Assembly (NCBI GenBank): GCA_043228905.1
Contig: JBHGNT010000013.1
Coordinates: 15,996,001-16,060,000 of the forward strand
Direction: 5' to 3'
DNA length: 64,000 nt
Source: Azolla caroliniana
Taxonomy: Eukaryota; Plantae; Polypodiophyta
Of the stretch, positions 19,383 to 33,335 are shown piece after piece (position 1 is the first letter of the stretch; the number at the start of each line of letters is the position of its first letter). The notes under the pieces are model-generated. The model was not told the origin of the DNA. It saw nothing but the letters and a program-made list of their open reading frames with translations, and searched no databases. Both the position numbers and the translations under genes were made by a program.

Positions 19383-21122
19383 ACCACGTCGCAAACGCGC
19401 ATTCTCTCACGCATTAGAGACAATGGTTTTAAGATGTGAAAATCTCTTGTTCGGTCTTATCGCCCATTTTGGCCTCACACAAAGGCGTTAATAGATCTAA
19501 GTGAAACAAACACAATTTTTGTTGACATTCTTATACTTTGGATGATCTGTAACACTTACTTGATGTATTGGAAACATTGTGTCGAATCAGTGAGCTAATC
19601 GTTAACATGGACAAAACAAAAAACAAATGATATGGCAATAAAGGCAATGCAATCAAGACACTGCTCCACTTTTACAGCAACGGAGAACTAATACAAGTAG
19701 TGAAAAGTATTAATATCCCATCGACAAATAGGTGGAATGTACGTTACATGATATAGACTTCAAGTTGGTTGGAATAGTTATTATATGTTTAAGAATCAAT
19801 GCAAGCAAAGTGATATACTCTAGGATGGGAAGTGAGATTGATACTATTCAATGCTATGGTATTCCAATTGTAGCTTTATAAAGTGGAAGCGTGGGGGTGA
19901 CGCTATCTCACTTAGAACATGGAATGAAATGGAGAAATTTTAAAATTTATTCTTATGTAGATCATTGGAAATAAAATGCTCAACACCCTACCATTTCATG
20001 CTATTAGAAATAGGGGCTTGGTTCATGGAGATGTAGGCCATACAATGAGTGTACAACGATATCACAAAGATCAATCACAAATTCAAAACAAACAATTTGG
20101 AACAAAGGATTCAAGGGATAAAAACTAATAAGAGCAAAAATGGTTTAAAAGATGGAGCGTATAAAATATCTATCGAAGCTCCCATGTGATGGTATAAAGT
20201 ATGTGATCGTCAAGGATAGATTACTAGACACACTAAGGATAAAGGGACAATGTGCTAAAAGGTCAAAACTTAAATATTACAGTACAAATTTTGGTTTCAA
20301 TACAAGGTAAAATGTATCCAAATGCATCTTAATTACTTCCATGAGCATTGGCTTTAACATTTTGTTTAACTCACTCACAAAAGCTAGGTGTTGAGGTAGC
20401 ATCAAAGCATCATCACCCAAGTATGACAATATGCAAGGTATGCAATGAAAACCTAGTTGAGAATGATCATCACTTCTCACATGCCCAACATATGAGGTCA
20501 TTCACAAGAAGTATGACAACTTGTTAGATAGGCGTTATATTAGACGTCTCATATTCAAATATCCACCACAATGAGTGAACACATGTGTGCGCATAGTTTT
20601 CATGTCGAGAGTTTTTACACATAGTAGTAACCCCCTTCTTAGAAAAGAGTCACATCCATGATGATCGGTTTATTTGGTTCCATGGGCCATAGGTCAAATT
20701 TGGTGTCCTTGTGGACAATAAAAGACATATTCTACTCCCCCCTCTCTGTCATGAGTGGTGAAAGAGGAATCGTGAGATTATCTTGGTAATTGTGCTTGTC
20801 AAGCAACATGAACATTTTGAGAAGTCATCTCAAATCAAAGAAAGTTTCAATAGAGTGTCTTTGATTACCCCATGACAAGCTCCATTGTGCATGATTGCCT
20901 AGTTACATAGTTTGACTATTTGTGGCACTATATACATGCATGCTTATGTAATGCCACTTTTTTCACGTGCACAACATATGTTAATACACTACTCGAGCTA
21001 TTCTCAACTACTACAATGTGAAACAAATCTTAACGAAGTTCATAAATTTGTGAGCAATTTCACGTTCAATCAATTAGATGGCTTTGCTAGTTTGTGGAGT
21101 GCATGTTGTTAACCATCATTGG

Positions 21123-21610
21123 TGTTATATACACATTGTGTAGATGAGGGTAGGTTAGTCATATTTTAAAACCATTAAGTGAAAGGTATGTTCATTAATG
21201 TTAAAAAGAGACTAATGTGATTGGATAGAGGGAGTGATAGTGCATGCATTGTCATAATCTTGACAACCAATGGATAGAGAGTCTTTTAGAAAAAACACAT
21301 CTATTCAAGGGGCTTATCAAGAAATATAAATATGAGGCTTGGTTACCCTCACAAGATACATTATGTCAAAAGATTGAAGTCAGAAGACAATAGTGGTACA
21401 TGCTAGGATTTCTTCATGACGATTGTGTTATCTTGTCCAAGATAATAGTCATCCTAATTATATCCATTGGTATGGGTTGTCGTGATAGGTTAGCTATTCC
21501 TTGATCATAGCTCGAGGGTGGTTAGGACTTAGGAGGATCAAATTCTTCTGTCCAATCTATTGTTTTTCGTACTTTAATGTGGTCTATTGATTAGTAGGAG
21601 ATTCTTAACA
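21123..21610 (+). mobile_element. Solo LTR related to the chromovirus Gypsy at 54121-60844
   Basis: TGTTAT...TTAACA ends; colinear similarity to LTR 54121-54593; flanks ATTGG/ATTGA (TSD with one mismatch). Confidence 0.85.
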
Positions 21611-22505
21611 ATTGATGAACATTCTCTTGTTTATCGAGGTTTGATTCATTTTCACGATGTGGAATATTGACCATACTAAATTGACTTCAAAGGGGGAGCA
21701 AAAGTTTACACCTTAAAATGACCCATTTCTCGTAGACCTCAACAATCATACCTTTAGTTGGCAAAAGTATCATAATTTAGCAATTATTAAGGCAAAGCAT
21801 ATGATACCATGCCTCTAATTTTACAAATGGCATTTGCTTTAGACCTTATACAACCAACTTCCTTTTTTGTCATAAATATTGAAGTGGCATGTGACTTGTT
21901 AACTTTTAAAAAGTCAATAAAATTGTGATAAAAAAAGAAGGTTGTATAAAAGCAATCAGCCCTCGCATCTCATAGCATCTCAAAAGAACTTGATTATACC
22001 TTGACCAAGACGTTGGGGTATATGTACATTGAGATTTGCATATATTTTTTCTATTAGAGATAGTCGGTCCTCGTCATAGAGCCTAGGTTGCAAGATTTTG
22101 GGATACTAAAAAAGGTCCTAATATAACATATAGAAGTTGGACTCGTACATTATATGCATACATAAAATACAACGGCAAGTAGGATTCTTCGAATTTTATA
22201 TTGTATCCCCCCCCCTAACATGTGTCTATTGGTTCGTTCTAACATCACTATCTCGATCCTACAAGGATACATGTTCTTAACCTTTTTTGAAAATTTCCTT
22301 CACATTGCTCAATCAGAAACACTGGTCACTCATCGTTCGCCACAGTTTCTCGCCAGCTCACGACATCATTTGACAACTCCGTATCAAGTGCTAGAATAAA
22401 CTAAGAACGTGGGCCAGAACAACGACGAGAGAAGGTTTTCTAGACCTTTTCTCCTAGCTATGCACTATAGGGTGATGGATTGGTTGTCGGTTGGTGGGGC
22501 GGGCG

Positions 22506-22508
<3 letters not shown>

Positions 22509-22572
<64 letters not shown>
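22509..22572. repeat. (GA)n microsatellite
   Basis: About 32 uninterrupted GA units. Confidence 0.95.
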
Positions 22573-22576
<4 letters not shown>

Positions 22577-22933
22577 TAGATAGAAAGATATATTAACGTC
22601 TTCTAAGACCAAAATTGGGGAGGAGTAAGATAGAGAGGGAGAGATCTATAGGACACTAGTGTATAAGTACATAAATGTAAGTACATATAGATAGAGAATA
22701 AATTATGTGTGTGAGACCAATTCCTCTTCAAACGGCGAGAGTGCCCCCCCCCCCCCCCAATGGTCCCCAAAGTCCCTTGCACCACATGACTAAGTAAGTA
22801 CACACAAATATGTATGGATATATTTATTTATTTATTTATTTATTTATATGTGTGTGTATATTTAGTGGCTGCTATTTAACTATGGCCAAAAAAAAATGGA
22901 GGGGGACGGGGGCAAGGGTTAGTTGTCGTCTTC

Positions 22934-22970
22934 CGTCAACGTCAACGTCACGTCACGTGGCGTGACGTCA
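22934..22970. promoter_or_regulatory. Cluster of ACGT-core bZIP sites (TGACG half-sites, G-box/ABRE, TGACGTCA) upstream of the PME gene
   Basis: CGTCAACGTCAACGTCACGTCACGTGGCGTGACGTCA, about 280-315 bp before the ATG and followed by a pyrimidine patch. Confidence 0.6.
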
Positions 22971-23111
22971 CCCCACACCGCCACCCTTCTTCTTCTTCTT
23001 CTTCTTCTTCTTCTGATCCATCCTTCCTTTTCTCTAGTAATTCTCTGAGAAACCCCTGTTTCCTCAGACAGCTGTATTCTTCTGTGTGGTACAGAATCTC
23101 TTTTACTAATT

Positions 23112-23152
<41 letters not shown>

Positions 23153-23248
23153 GGACTGCTGTGTTAGATTGTTTTGCAAGTAAAACAAACATTCTTAAAA
23201 GGGCAGACAGACAGATTCAGAAGCTCTGCAGCAAAAACCTAATTTTGA

Positions 23249-24569
23249 ATGGCGCAGAACTCCGCTGCTGCTGCTGGTAGTACCCTTACCCTAATTCGAT
23301 CTCATCCATTAATCATTTTAAAGGGCTCCACAATTGGCCTCATTATCGGCCTTCTCCTCCTGCTGTTATCAGCTTCATTTCTCGCTCTCATTTCTAACCA
23401 ACCTGCCCATGTCCATGGCCATGATGATGATCATCATCAAGAATCACCTCATCCTCATCACTCAGTCAGTCATCAAAGCGTTAACCTAATGAGAAGTGCT
23501 CAATATGGCCACACTCTCCACAAACATAGGAAGCTTGGCATCGACACACAAATCAGCCAGCTCCTAGACATTGTCTGTAACCACACACTCTACCCGGATG
23601 TATGCCTACATGAGCTCTCTGCATTCAACATACCCACCACCGCGAGCCCGTCGGACATCGTCTCCTTCTCAGCCCAGGCCGCGGTCTCCCGAGCCTCCTA
23701 CGCCCAGAACTTGGCGGTCAGTCTCGTGAATCCCGGCCCGCCCCTGGATTTGGAAGGGCAGTGTGCCGACGATTGCGCTGATCTGATCGCTTACGCTCGG
23801 GATCGGCTCGATGAATCGATGGCCAGATTGTCGAGCATTAAAGCCGATCTCGATCTTAGCTCGCTGCCCGCGTTCCTCCGGGACGTGAAAGTGTGGCTCA
23901 GCCAGGCGATGAGCTACCAATCGGCTTGTTCGGACGGGCTGGTCCTAGTCCCTGGGAGCAACACGGATCGAAGCATACAATCCACGCTAGAGGTGTTGTC
24001 ACAGACGATCGGGAACGTGCTCTCGTTGGTGGACATTCTCGCGGAAGCGGGCGACAATTTGAGCTCGTGGTTGTCGGGGAGCTTGCCACCCATCCCGCCG
24101 CTAATACATCTAAGGCGACGGCGCAGCCTTCTTTCCACGGAGGGCTACGGAAGTGGTAGCTCCGCCGGACAATTTGTAAGGCCGAGTTGGGAAATGGACG
24201 GGCAAACATCGGGGGCAATCCCCGATCCCGGAAGAGAATTATCGTTCCCCGATTGGTTAAGCGGTGAGGCCGAGAGGCGCCTCTTGCAGGCCGAGGCACC
24301 GACGCAGTCCATCCCGATAAATGCTGTCGTGGCGCAGGACGGTAGTGGGAACTATGCCAATGTTTCGGATGCCATAGCCGCGATCCCGTCGGGGTACCAA
24401 GGCCGGTACGTCATCTACATAAAGGCTGGGCTATACAACGAGGTCTTTAACATTACGAAAAGCCTGCAGAACATCACTTTCCTAGGGGACGGGATGGACA
24501 AGACGGTCATCTCCGGGGACAGGAACGTGGCCAGTGGCCTCTTCAACACCTACCGGACCTCAACTGTCG
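23249..24569 (+). CDS. PME: Pectin methylesterase with PMEI pro-domain, exon 1
   Basis: N-terminal hydrophobic helix; PMEI motifs C..TLYPDVC, DDCADL, WLSQAMSYQSACSDG; basic processing motifs RRSLL and RRLL; VVAQDGSGNY, IYIKAGLYNE; donor G|GTAAAT at 24570. Confidence 0.93.
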
Positions 24570-24587
24570 GTAAATCCCCTGTTCCAG

Positions 24588-24620
<33 letters not shown>

Positions 24621-26959
24621 AGACATATGTTTATGGTCTCTCTTTTTTCTGTCTGTTCCTGCCAAAGAAATCATTACGTCAAGATTTGTTTTACGTCCAT
24701 GGGGCCACCACCCCCACCACCGACACTTCCTTTACCAAGGGCGGTTTCCTATACTCATGTTTCTTATTTTTGTCTCCATGTGTATGTGTGTATGTATGTA
24801 TGTATAATGTGTATATGTATAGTACATATGTATGAATGTATGTATGTGTAACATGCATATAATTGCATGTGTATTCTTGTATATGGTACACCTTTAGTAT
24901 ATGTATAATTGTACACTTGTATGTATGTATCTTATGTGTCTCCTTACTCTTTCAACTTGCATCTGTCATTGTCTTCCTCGTCTCCATCGTCAAGTAGAAA
25001 TTGGAACATCTCCCACACTTTTTTTCCCGTGTCTCTCTGGTGCTCTAGTTACTCCTCGTTCACTCCTAATGTTGTCGAAACTTCTAGCTCTGTCGCATGT
25101 GATTTTACAATATATTAATAGCTACTTTACAACTACCCCATGTACCTTATATAATGAATGTATATGGTTTGGAGTCACGTAGCTAGTTGGATATACTAAT
25201 CTAGACTATCATTATCCTAGAGCCTGGCTTTGGCATGTGTGTGGCCTAAAACCCACTCATAAGTTTCTCTTTATGGTATATTTGTCATGTATGCATGTAA
25301 AACGCACATTCATAAGTTTGTCTTACTCTTCTTATTGTAAGTAGTACAAAGTGGTATTTAGCATCTACTTATGTGATTTGTGCTCTCTTTTCTAATGCCA
25401 CTCGCTTATAATGTGAGATAAAAATGCAAAATTTAAACCGAACATTAGGATGAAGAAAATTAATTACACCACTTTAGTGTGATCAACGAGTTCATCTTAT
25501 TGGTGAATCACGTAGACCAATTTGAACAAAGACAATAGATGCGACCATTCAAGTTAGTTATATCCCTTAGAAATTTAAAACAATGTGCATCAAATCATAG
25601 ATAGAGAATCAAGTAATTGTGATAGTCATACTCACGCTACATAAAAAAAGGACTTTGGGAACCTTAAAGAGTTAAATAGTAAACTACTTTTACTTGGTAC
25701 CACTTAAATAGTGTCGATTTATATGAGCATGTGTTGAGGACGACCAAAATAAGACGTAATAGGGTGCTCTCCTAAAGCATGTGATGTATACTTTAGAGAA
25801 CTCCCTTGTGAACTCATCCTCCTCCCAAATTTTATCCATAAGGAGTAATGAATGAGAAAAGGAGGCCATGAACGAGTAATTTATTAATTCATGACCTTCA
25901 AAAGCTGCCAAGAGAGACCAAAAAGCAAAGTAGAGTCAATGAAAGACAAAGAGATAAAGGTGGGCAAAAGGAAAGTTGTATACAAGATAAAGACCTACAA
26001 GAGAAAGACGAAAGAGAATAAAATGTTTTAAGGTCTCTTAAGAGGCAAATAATGTGGCATTTGAGGCCACAACAATATAATTCATATAACTTGCTTAGAA
26101 ATGGCAATTAAGAAACACTAGAGAGAGGGAGGGAGAGGGTCAAGTAGGAAGCAAATCTCCGAAATAATAATGGATCTAGTTGTGAATCCCATTTAAAAAG
26201 TCGAGATCATCAATTCCACACTTGTTACAAGGGTTGCAAAGTAAACCAAAGAAATGTTATTGGACCTAGTGTCATGTAGTAACTAGTTACAGTTTTTGTG
26301 AAATATATACTACTGTTGAAGTTACTTGTAAGGACACATGCATTAACTTTAATCCTCATCTCTATTCTGAAAAGTCATTGTTATGCTAATGTATTATGTG
26401 GGGCCAAAAAACATCCACATAGCTGTTCTTTTCGAAATAGGTTTAAAAAGATATGAGGAGTTTTAGACGCTATAAACTTCCCCAATAAACTCTGAAGGAT
26501 TAAAAAAATTGAAGGGCTTGGAAAAAACTTAGAAATCTTCGTAGCCTAAGTGAATGTTCTCCTGAACTTATTCGAAATTAATATATACAACCTATTTGAA
26601 TTGGGCTATTAAAATTGTTTGATTTTAGAATGTACATTTGAATAAGGAGGTTTCGAGGAGCATTAGATAATCAACATTTTACAAGTGCACACTAATAATG
26701 GATGGACATACATATATACTACAAGTTGTAAAGGTAGTTTCCAAAATGATCCCATATGTAAGTCCTATTAATTATTATTATAATGAATTGCCCTTTAAAG
26801 ATATGTATGGTAGAGAGATTCATTAGAGATGATCAGTTCATGTATATATTATATATACTCATGTATAAGTTAAGTAGTAGCGTACAAGAGGAATTACAAC
26901 TGCCAAATTTAACCGAACTTTTCTCATACATACTGATTTGATTTTGTTGTATTGTGCAG

Positions 26960-27660
26960 GGATCTCTGGCCAGGGTTTCCATGCCCGGGACATTAGTTTC
27001 AAGAATGTAGCCGGGCCCTCGGGGCACCAGGCCGTAGCCCTGCGGGCCGCAGCCGATCTGATCGTGTTCTACCGCTGCAGCTTTGAGAGCTACCAGGACA
27101 CGCTTTACGCGCTCTCAGGAAGGCAGCTCTACCGAGAGTGCCGAATCTACGGCACTGTGGATTTCATCTTCGGCAATGCCATCGCCGTGTTCCAGAGCTG
27201 CGAGCTTGTGGCCCGGCTCCCGTTGCCGGAGCAGACCAACACGGTGACCGCACAGGGCCGGAAGGTCATGGCCGACGTGTCCGGCTTCTCGTTCCAGAAT
27301 TGCAACATCTATGCGGACGACTCGCTCGGGTCGGCCGTGGCAGCCGGGACATCAAGCGTCCACACTTACCTCGGGCGCCCTTGGAAGGCATACTCCCGGG
27401 TCGTCTTCATGAACTCACAGATCTCTTCGATCTTGGACCCCGCCGGGTGGGCCCCATGGAACTCGTCCTACCCCTTCATCGACACACTTTACTATGGGGA
27501 GTTCCAAAACTACGGGCCCGGAGCCAACACTAGCTTGCGAGTGAATTGGCCCGGCGTCCACCCTTCATTGACCCCCGAGGAGGCCGCGCAATTCTCGTTT
27601 GATAACTTCATTGCGGGAAGCACGTGGGTTTCCCCGGACGAAGCCGGGTTCTCATCTTGA
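26960..27660 (+). CDS. PME: Pectin methylesterase, exon 2 (catalytic domain); spliced product about 673 aa
   Basis: Acceptor TGTGCAG at 26959 keeps the frame (phase 1, TVG/ISGQGF); HQAVAL, YQDTLY, GTVDFIFG, YLGRPW motifs; TGA at 27658-27660. Confidence 0.95.
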
Positions 27661-27906
27661 GTACACTTACATCAAGCCCACATGATATTATGCAAAACCC
27701 CCTAATGACAAAGTTAGTATAGATACATAAAAATGATGGCAGTGCTGATCTCGTCCCCGATCAATGCATGAACAAAACACGCATCATGAATCATTAAATT
27801 TATTCATCGGTCTCTCTACATTAAATGAAGATGACCTACTCTATGGCTATGTCCCCCATTCTTCATAATTCCTAATGTTGTTGTCCTTTAGCACATATAT
27901 ATATAT

Positions 27907-27937
<31 letters not shown>

Positions 27938-30900
27938 TATGGTATATATGTATTATAAGCCCGTGATCTCCCCATTAATAATCTTATAGTAATTATATTT
28001 GCTATTAAATCAATAATACTAAGTGCCTCATACCTTTGAATTTTGATGAGATTAATGGTCCATCATGGAATTATGACAGGCGCAGAGTGGTTTTGTAGTT
28101 GATCACATCATATATTTATTTATCACCTACATGCAAGACTAGGACTTTGCAATCTAAACATGATTTAGTTCACATTTGGGGCAAGAGAATGGGAATTTTT
28201 GGGATGACTGTCTCTCAAGTCATGGTCTATAAAAACTCCCACATGTTATAAGTATCATTCTTTTACACCCCTATAAGTGTTGGTAATAAAATCTTTGTGA
28301 ACAAATTGCAACAAAGAATTGATACTATCATGTTAATTATGTAGATAAATCTAAATTTGTTGACAAAAATGATCCATTTATATATAATGCCTCATTCAAA
28401 ACATTTGTGAATTTATTTACGAAGTATTATGTTAGAAAATTTGATAGCACAATATGATGACTCTCTTGAAAAACGACCATCAATGTCAAGGTAAATGATA
28501 TGTGATAACATAAGATGTGCATTTTCAATCAACGCATCCAACATAAACTTTGTTTCATATTCATGAGCATAATATCAAGACCGTTTTCATAAAGAGATTC
28601 TCCCTTGCATATGCCTTTCCTTATACTCCATGTAATGCATGCATACAAATGACTTGTGCATTCTTTAGGGTTTTCATGGTAATGCATTGCACCACATCAA
28701 CATCCCTTATCAGTAGATCATAGTTTTGAGATGTCATTAATGATTCTAATATATACCACAACGTGATCCATACCTCCTCTTCATTGTTTGGCATTAGTTT
28801 AGTGTCGCAAAACACTAAATTTCCCCTTCTATTTGCTTCAACCTTATCACTTTTTGCGTTTGCAATTGCTACAAGCCTACATCCATTTCCTATAAGATTA
28901 TCGACAAATTCCAATTTACCAAATCAAGGGGGTTCACATCCATATCAAGCCCCACACAAACATTGTAGCAAAAGGGAAAAGTACATTTTTCAAGAGAATA
29001 TAAGGTAAGAAACATATCTCACATCACTAAATTTAAAGATCAAATTTCTAATGTGTGAATTCTAACAAATGCATGAAAATCATATGCCTTCTAAAGGTGA
29101 GAAAATTGGACAATGTTCAAGCTAGAGTAGAAATTATGGCATAAGCCTAGAAGCATTCCAAATAATGCTTCTCAACATAGATGTCTAACCTATGATGTGA
29201 CAAGTGCTAACCTACGCATGATTCATTTGATTTAAATTTAAGGACACACATTTCAATTCCAGAAATGTGTCCACTTTGTTGTAGTACACTTACATCAAAA
29301 CTGTTCACATTGGCCCTTGTAAAATGGAAAAGTGCTTAATATATGGCATTGCAACACCCAAGAACACCCTATGTGACTATAATCATTGCTGGAAACTTGC
29401 TCTTGAATGAGAGTTCAAGTCCATTATGTTTCCTTACCAATTAATGAAAGTCTTGTTCATACTATATCACATTTATTTGGCTACTCACTCAAGACGGTGA
29501 CCCATGGAAAACCATGTGCATCGTGGTCACCATATTGTGGCACCCAAGAACATCTATATGATGATAATCATTGTTGAAATTTGCTTTCTAGAGAGATAGA
29601 TAATTAATACAACTGGGAGGCCAAGTGCATTGCGTTTCTTTACAAATTAATGTAGGTTTTGTTGAAACTAAAACAAAAGCACATTTATTCAACCAGTGAC
29701 CCAAGACCACAACCAATGTGCATTACTAATGTGGTCACCATGCACATGCGAGGAGAAATGTAATTGAACTAATAAAAGAAGTCGCCGAGAAAAAAGCAAT
29801 TGACTTTTGAAAATTTTAGGGAGCTTGAAGAGCACAAAAAGTCAAAGTCAAGTGAAATTCATTTTCTATAGTAAATGGAAGACGTGATAGTGAATATGAA
29901 TGACTAAGAGGTTATAATTTAGTTATAAAAAGTCTTAAGCTTTCCATTAGTCGTGACTTATGATTCATGACCATTCATATGAAGGTAGTACATAAATTGA
30001 ATCATAAATATTACTCTAACCAACTTGAATTCTAGCATATAAGACAAATAGGATCTCGACAAGACCATATTTCTGGGCAGACACATGGTTGCCCATTGGA
30101 GATACACAAGACTAATTAAAATGATGGAAGGAATTTGCTTGAGCACTCTGCATTGCACGCATTATTGTGGATACATCATCAATGTGCAAATATTAACATG
30201 AGAGGTCTACTGATTTGAGATGTCTTGAGCTTGAAGTCCTTAAAAACAAGAGTGACTTAGGTCAAACATTCTAGTAAGGTAGATTATACTCATTATTGAT
30301 TTATAGTTTGATCAATGATTGAAATTATTGATGGACGAGAAACGTGAGCCTCAACAAATTTGAGACCCCCCCCCTCTCTAAACATCCCATTATAGGCCTT
30401 TGTCAAAATGATGCAATGGGTTACCCCCATGCTCCGAAGAGACCCTTGTGTTGTTTGTCTCTTCTCGATGATGTGTCACTCCCACACGACAAATTATGAC
30501 ATTTGAGAACCATGATAATGAAATCTATCGATCTATCAATGTGTGTGTGTGTATAAAATGACCTAGTGAGCTAGTTGTATAGATATAGAGATTGAAGGGT
30601 TGAAAGAATCATGTATCCACATAAAAAACAAATTTGAACACATCTTTAAACAAGCGAAACTATGAAGTTGCTAAATTTGATCCAAATGCTAACAATATCT
30701 ATAATTCCCAATGATACAAAAGAAGATGTGGATGGAGAACTCATATAACGTTACAGGTGAAGAAGAAAGAAAGAGGAGTAGTTAAAAGTAATTCAAGTGA
30801 TATACTTTTTTTTTGCAGAGGCACTAATAATTTAAACTTAAGAATTAGGGAAGTCGATTACACTCTACTCTAAGGTTAATATTTCGGCTGGTGGCACAGG

Positions 30901-31352
30901 GGCTGGTTTTTCTGAAATTCATAGAAAGATTTAACTAGGGTTATCATCATCATAATCCACCATAATAGCCATCACCATTAGCTTGGTTCATACATCATCA
31001 TGCGACACCATGGCCATGGCCACTTCCATCATCATCATCATCATCACCATACCATCAAGCATGATGTATCCTCGATCATCATACATCAACAATCTCAGTC
31101 ATTGGAGCTGAAGAGTAATTAGGGTTGCATGCCGCTGCTAGAGGAGGGAGAGCTCACAGCATTCGACCCATTGTCAAGGTCATCATGCTTACTGTTATTA
31201 TTATTGTTACTGTTACTATTATTGTAGTTAGCGTCCTCGTTGGATCTGCATTTTACAACCCCACGAGAGAGATTTCCATCATTAACACCCTAAACCACAA
31301 TCAATTAACACTAATCACGTAGCATAAAAAACCAAGAAATGTGAGCCAAAAT

Positions 31353-32462
31353 TTACATTTTCTTGGTCCCGAATGTGTTCTTGTTGTTGTGCATCCAGAC
31401 CTTGAAGACATGGCGCTTCACGCCCACATCGCTGCAGAAGCGGTGCACCGCCATCTCGTCCTGCTTCTGTATCCGCCACCCCACCTTCTCTGCAAATGCA
31501 TACATCCGCTCCTTCTGATCTGCAGTGAATTTGGTGCGGAAGCGTTTCTTGGACATGTTGCCGCCGCCGCCGCCGCCGCCGGGGCTGGCATTCATGCCGT
31601 GCATCCCGCCGCCGCCGTAATGATGTACACCTCTGAGGGCTCCGTACTGGTGGCCTGCCATCAAATGCTGGCCTGCTCCTCCTCCTGCGCCGCCACCGCC
31701 GCCGGCGGCCATGTGAGACGACAGTAGGGTTCCTAATTCTGCGTCGTCCACCATTCCTGCCGCCAGGGGCATGGGCGTATGCGGCGGTGGCGGCAATGCG
31801 AGAGGAGCCGTACCGGGCCCATATCTCCCGCCCCCTAACGATGCCCGGTCTTTCATCAGGCTCCCATAGTAGAAGCAGCTGGCAGCTGCCGGTGAGATCA
31901 TGCTCGCCGCCGCCATGTCTTCTCCGTCCACCTCTCGCCTGTGGAAATTGCGGTGGCAGCCGCAGGCGGCGCATTTCAGCGCCTCCAGGGTACCCTCCTC
32001 CCCGCTGGGCATAAACTCTCCGCAGCCGTCCAGCGCGTGGGTGCCGATGCTGGCCGCGTGGTTCTTCATACATTCTCTGTACTTGACCGCCGCCTTGGCG
32101 ATCTTCATCGGCGGCGGAGAGGAGGCGGCCGGAGGCGCCACCGCCGTCTGAGTAGCGGCGCCGCCAACGTTGGCGGCAGGAGCCACCCTCAAGTCACTAG
32201 AAGAATTATTCGAGGCTTGGGTCGGCGGCGCCACACCTGCAGGGCTAATGCTGCTCCTAGATGTGTTCATCTCCTCCTGCGGGATGCCCGGGCCCACCGG
32301 CCGCGGAAGGCCCGGCGTAAGAATGCCCATGTTAACCGAACCCCCCGGGTTGCTGTGCATCATTCGGAGCTTCGAGGATTCGTGAATGGAGCCGTAACTC
32401 AGTGGAATGGGCATATTGCTGATGCTTCCTTCCTGGGGTAGCTGATGGGCACCCAAGTCCAT
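31353..32462 (-). CDS. ZHD: Zinc-finger homeodomain (ZF-HD) transcription factor, 369 aa, intronless CDS
   Basis: YRECMKNHAASIG..ALDGCGEF...LKCAACGCHRNFHRRE zinc finger; KKRFRTKFT...GWRIQK...KVWMHNNK homeodomain; first ATG is MDLG at 32462 (the ORF track opens on an upstream GTG). Confidence 0.96.
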   Translation of the reverse strand: MDLGAHQLPQEGSISNMPIPLSYGSIHESSKLRMMHSNPGGSVNMGILTPGLPRPVGPGIPQEEMNTSRSSISPAGVAPPTQASNNSSSDLRVAPAANVGGAATQTAVAPPAASSPPPMKIAKAAVKYRECMKNHAASIGTHALDGCGEFMPSGEEGTLEALKCAACGCHRNFHRREVDGEDMAAASMISPAAASCFYYGSLMKDRASLGGGRYGPGTAPLALPPPPHTPMPLAAGMVDDAELGTLLSSHMAAGGGGGAGGGAGQHLMAGHQYGALRGVHHYGGGGMHGMNASPGGGGGGGNMSKKRFRTKFTADQKERMYAFAEKVGWRIQKQDEMAVHRFCSDVGVKRHVFKVWMHNNKNTFGTKKM

Positions 32463-32966
32463 AAAACTAACGCACACTCCCTAATGACTCTTTAGTATTG
32501 AGTAATACGATGTTGTTTACTACAAATGGCTTGGGCTCTTTACCTCTCTAGGCTGCCCATCCGCCCAATTGGACATCTGGAAATTGAATGTGGCCCCCAG
32601 AATGGCAGTATTACCTAATTATACTAATGAGACCCCATCCTTAGATATATGCCTCCCAAAGAATGGGCTAACTCAATTGCACTCATCTCTGACTGAGAGA
32701 AACGCGAGAGCATCTCGTCTCCTAATGATCTAGAACATGGCATCTGCCCAATGTGTGTTAGCCTGCACAGTCTAATAAAAAAATCAGTGATTGGCTGGCT
32801 ACCTGCGAAGCTGGGGGTTCCGGAATTTTGAACTTAAAGAATGAATTTCCGGGAATCTCTGCCTGCTTGCTTAAAAAAACGATGGTCTTATGCGCACGAC
32901 GAGAATCCGTGCAGGTTCACTTCTTAAAGCTAATGGGGTAGCAGTCTGCAGAGAGCGATTCTGTGG

Positions 32967-32997
<31 letters not shown>

Positions 32998-33297
32998 GAG
33001 AGAGAAAGAGAGAGAAACGGTATCAGTCAGACCCAGTCAGTTAGTTCGTTAGATTAGATTAGACCGCTCTGCCTCCTTCCCCTCCTCCCGCCCCTTACAC
33101 CACCGTATTAATCTGTGAGCTGCAACAAATCGATCCATTATAAGGTGAATGAGGTTAATCTGAACAGTGTTGTGAGGGGTGGGGAGAAAATTAACGACAG
33201 GTCTGTGATGGGAACAGCAACAATAAACAACTGTGTAATTAATGACCCCTCCCTACCCCTCGGCTGTAGTAACAGAGAGAGACAGACACAGACCCAG

Positions 33298-33335
<38 letters not shown>

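Noticed and set aside
18770-19439. Overlapping ORFs of 110-160 aa
   Set aside because: Produced by simple repeats and the promoter duplication; low-complexity translations
19600-22100. Possible DNA-transposon remnant around the solo LTR
   Set aside because: No terminal repeats or transposase motifs identifiable by eye
25450-26230. Possible reversed solo LTR in the PME intron
   Set aside because: Composition is suggestive but termini and TSD could not be fixed
28000-29900. Minus-strand ORF remnants (e.g. 28621-28914)
   Set aside because: Fragmented, with no diagnostic domain
30940-31100. His-rich (CAT)n stretch suggesting a small protein
   Set aside because: Interrupted by stops; a trinucleotide microsatellite downstream of the ZF-HD stop
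31315-32441. Alternative-frame and antisense ORFs over the ZF-HD gene (252 aa, 166 aa)
   Set aside because: Expected from high GC content and GGC repeats; no independent evidence
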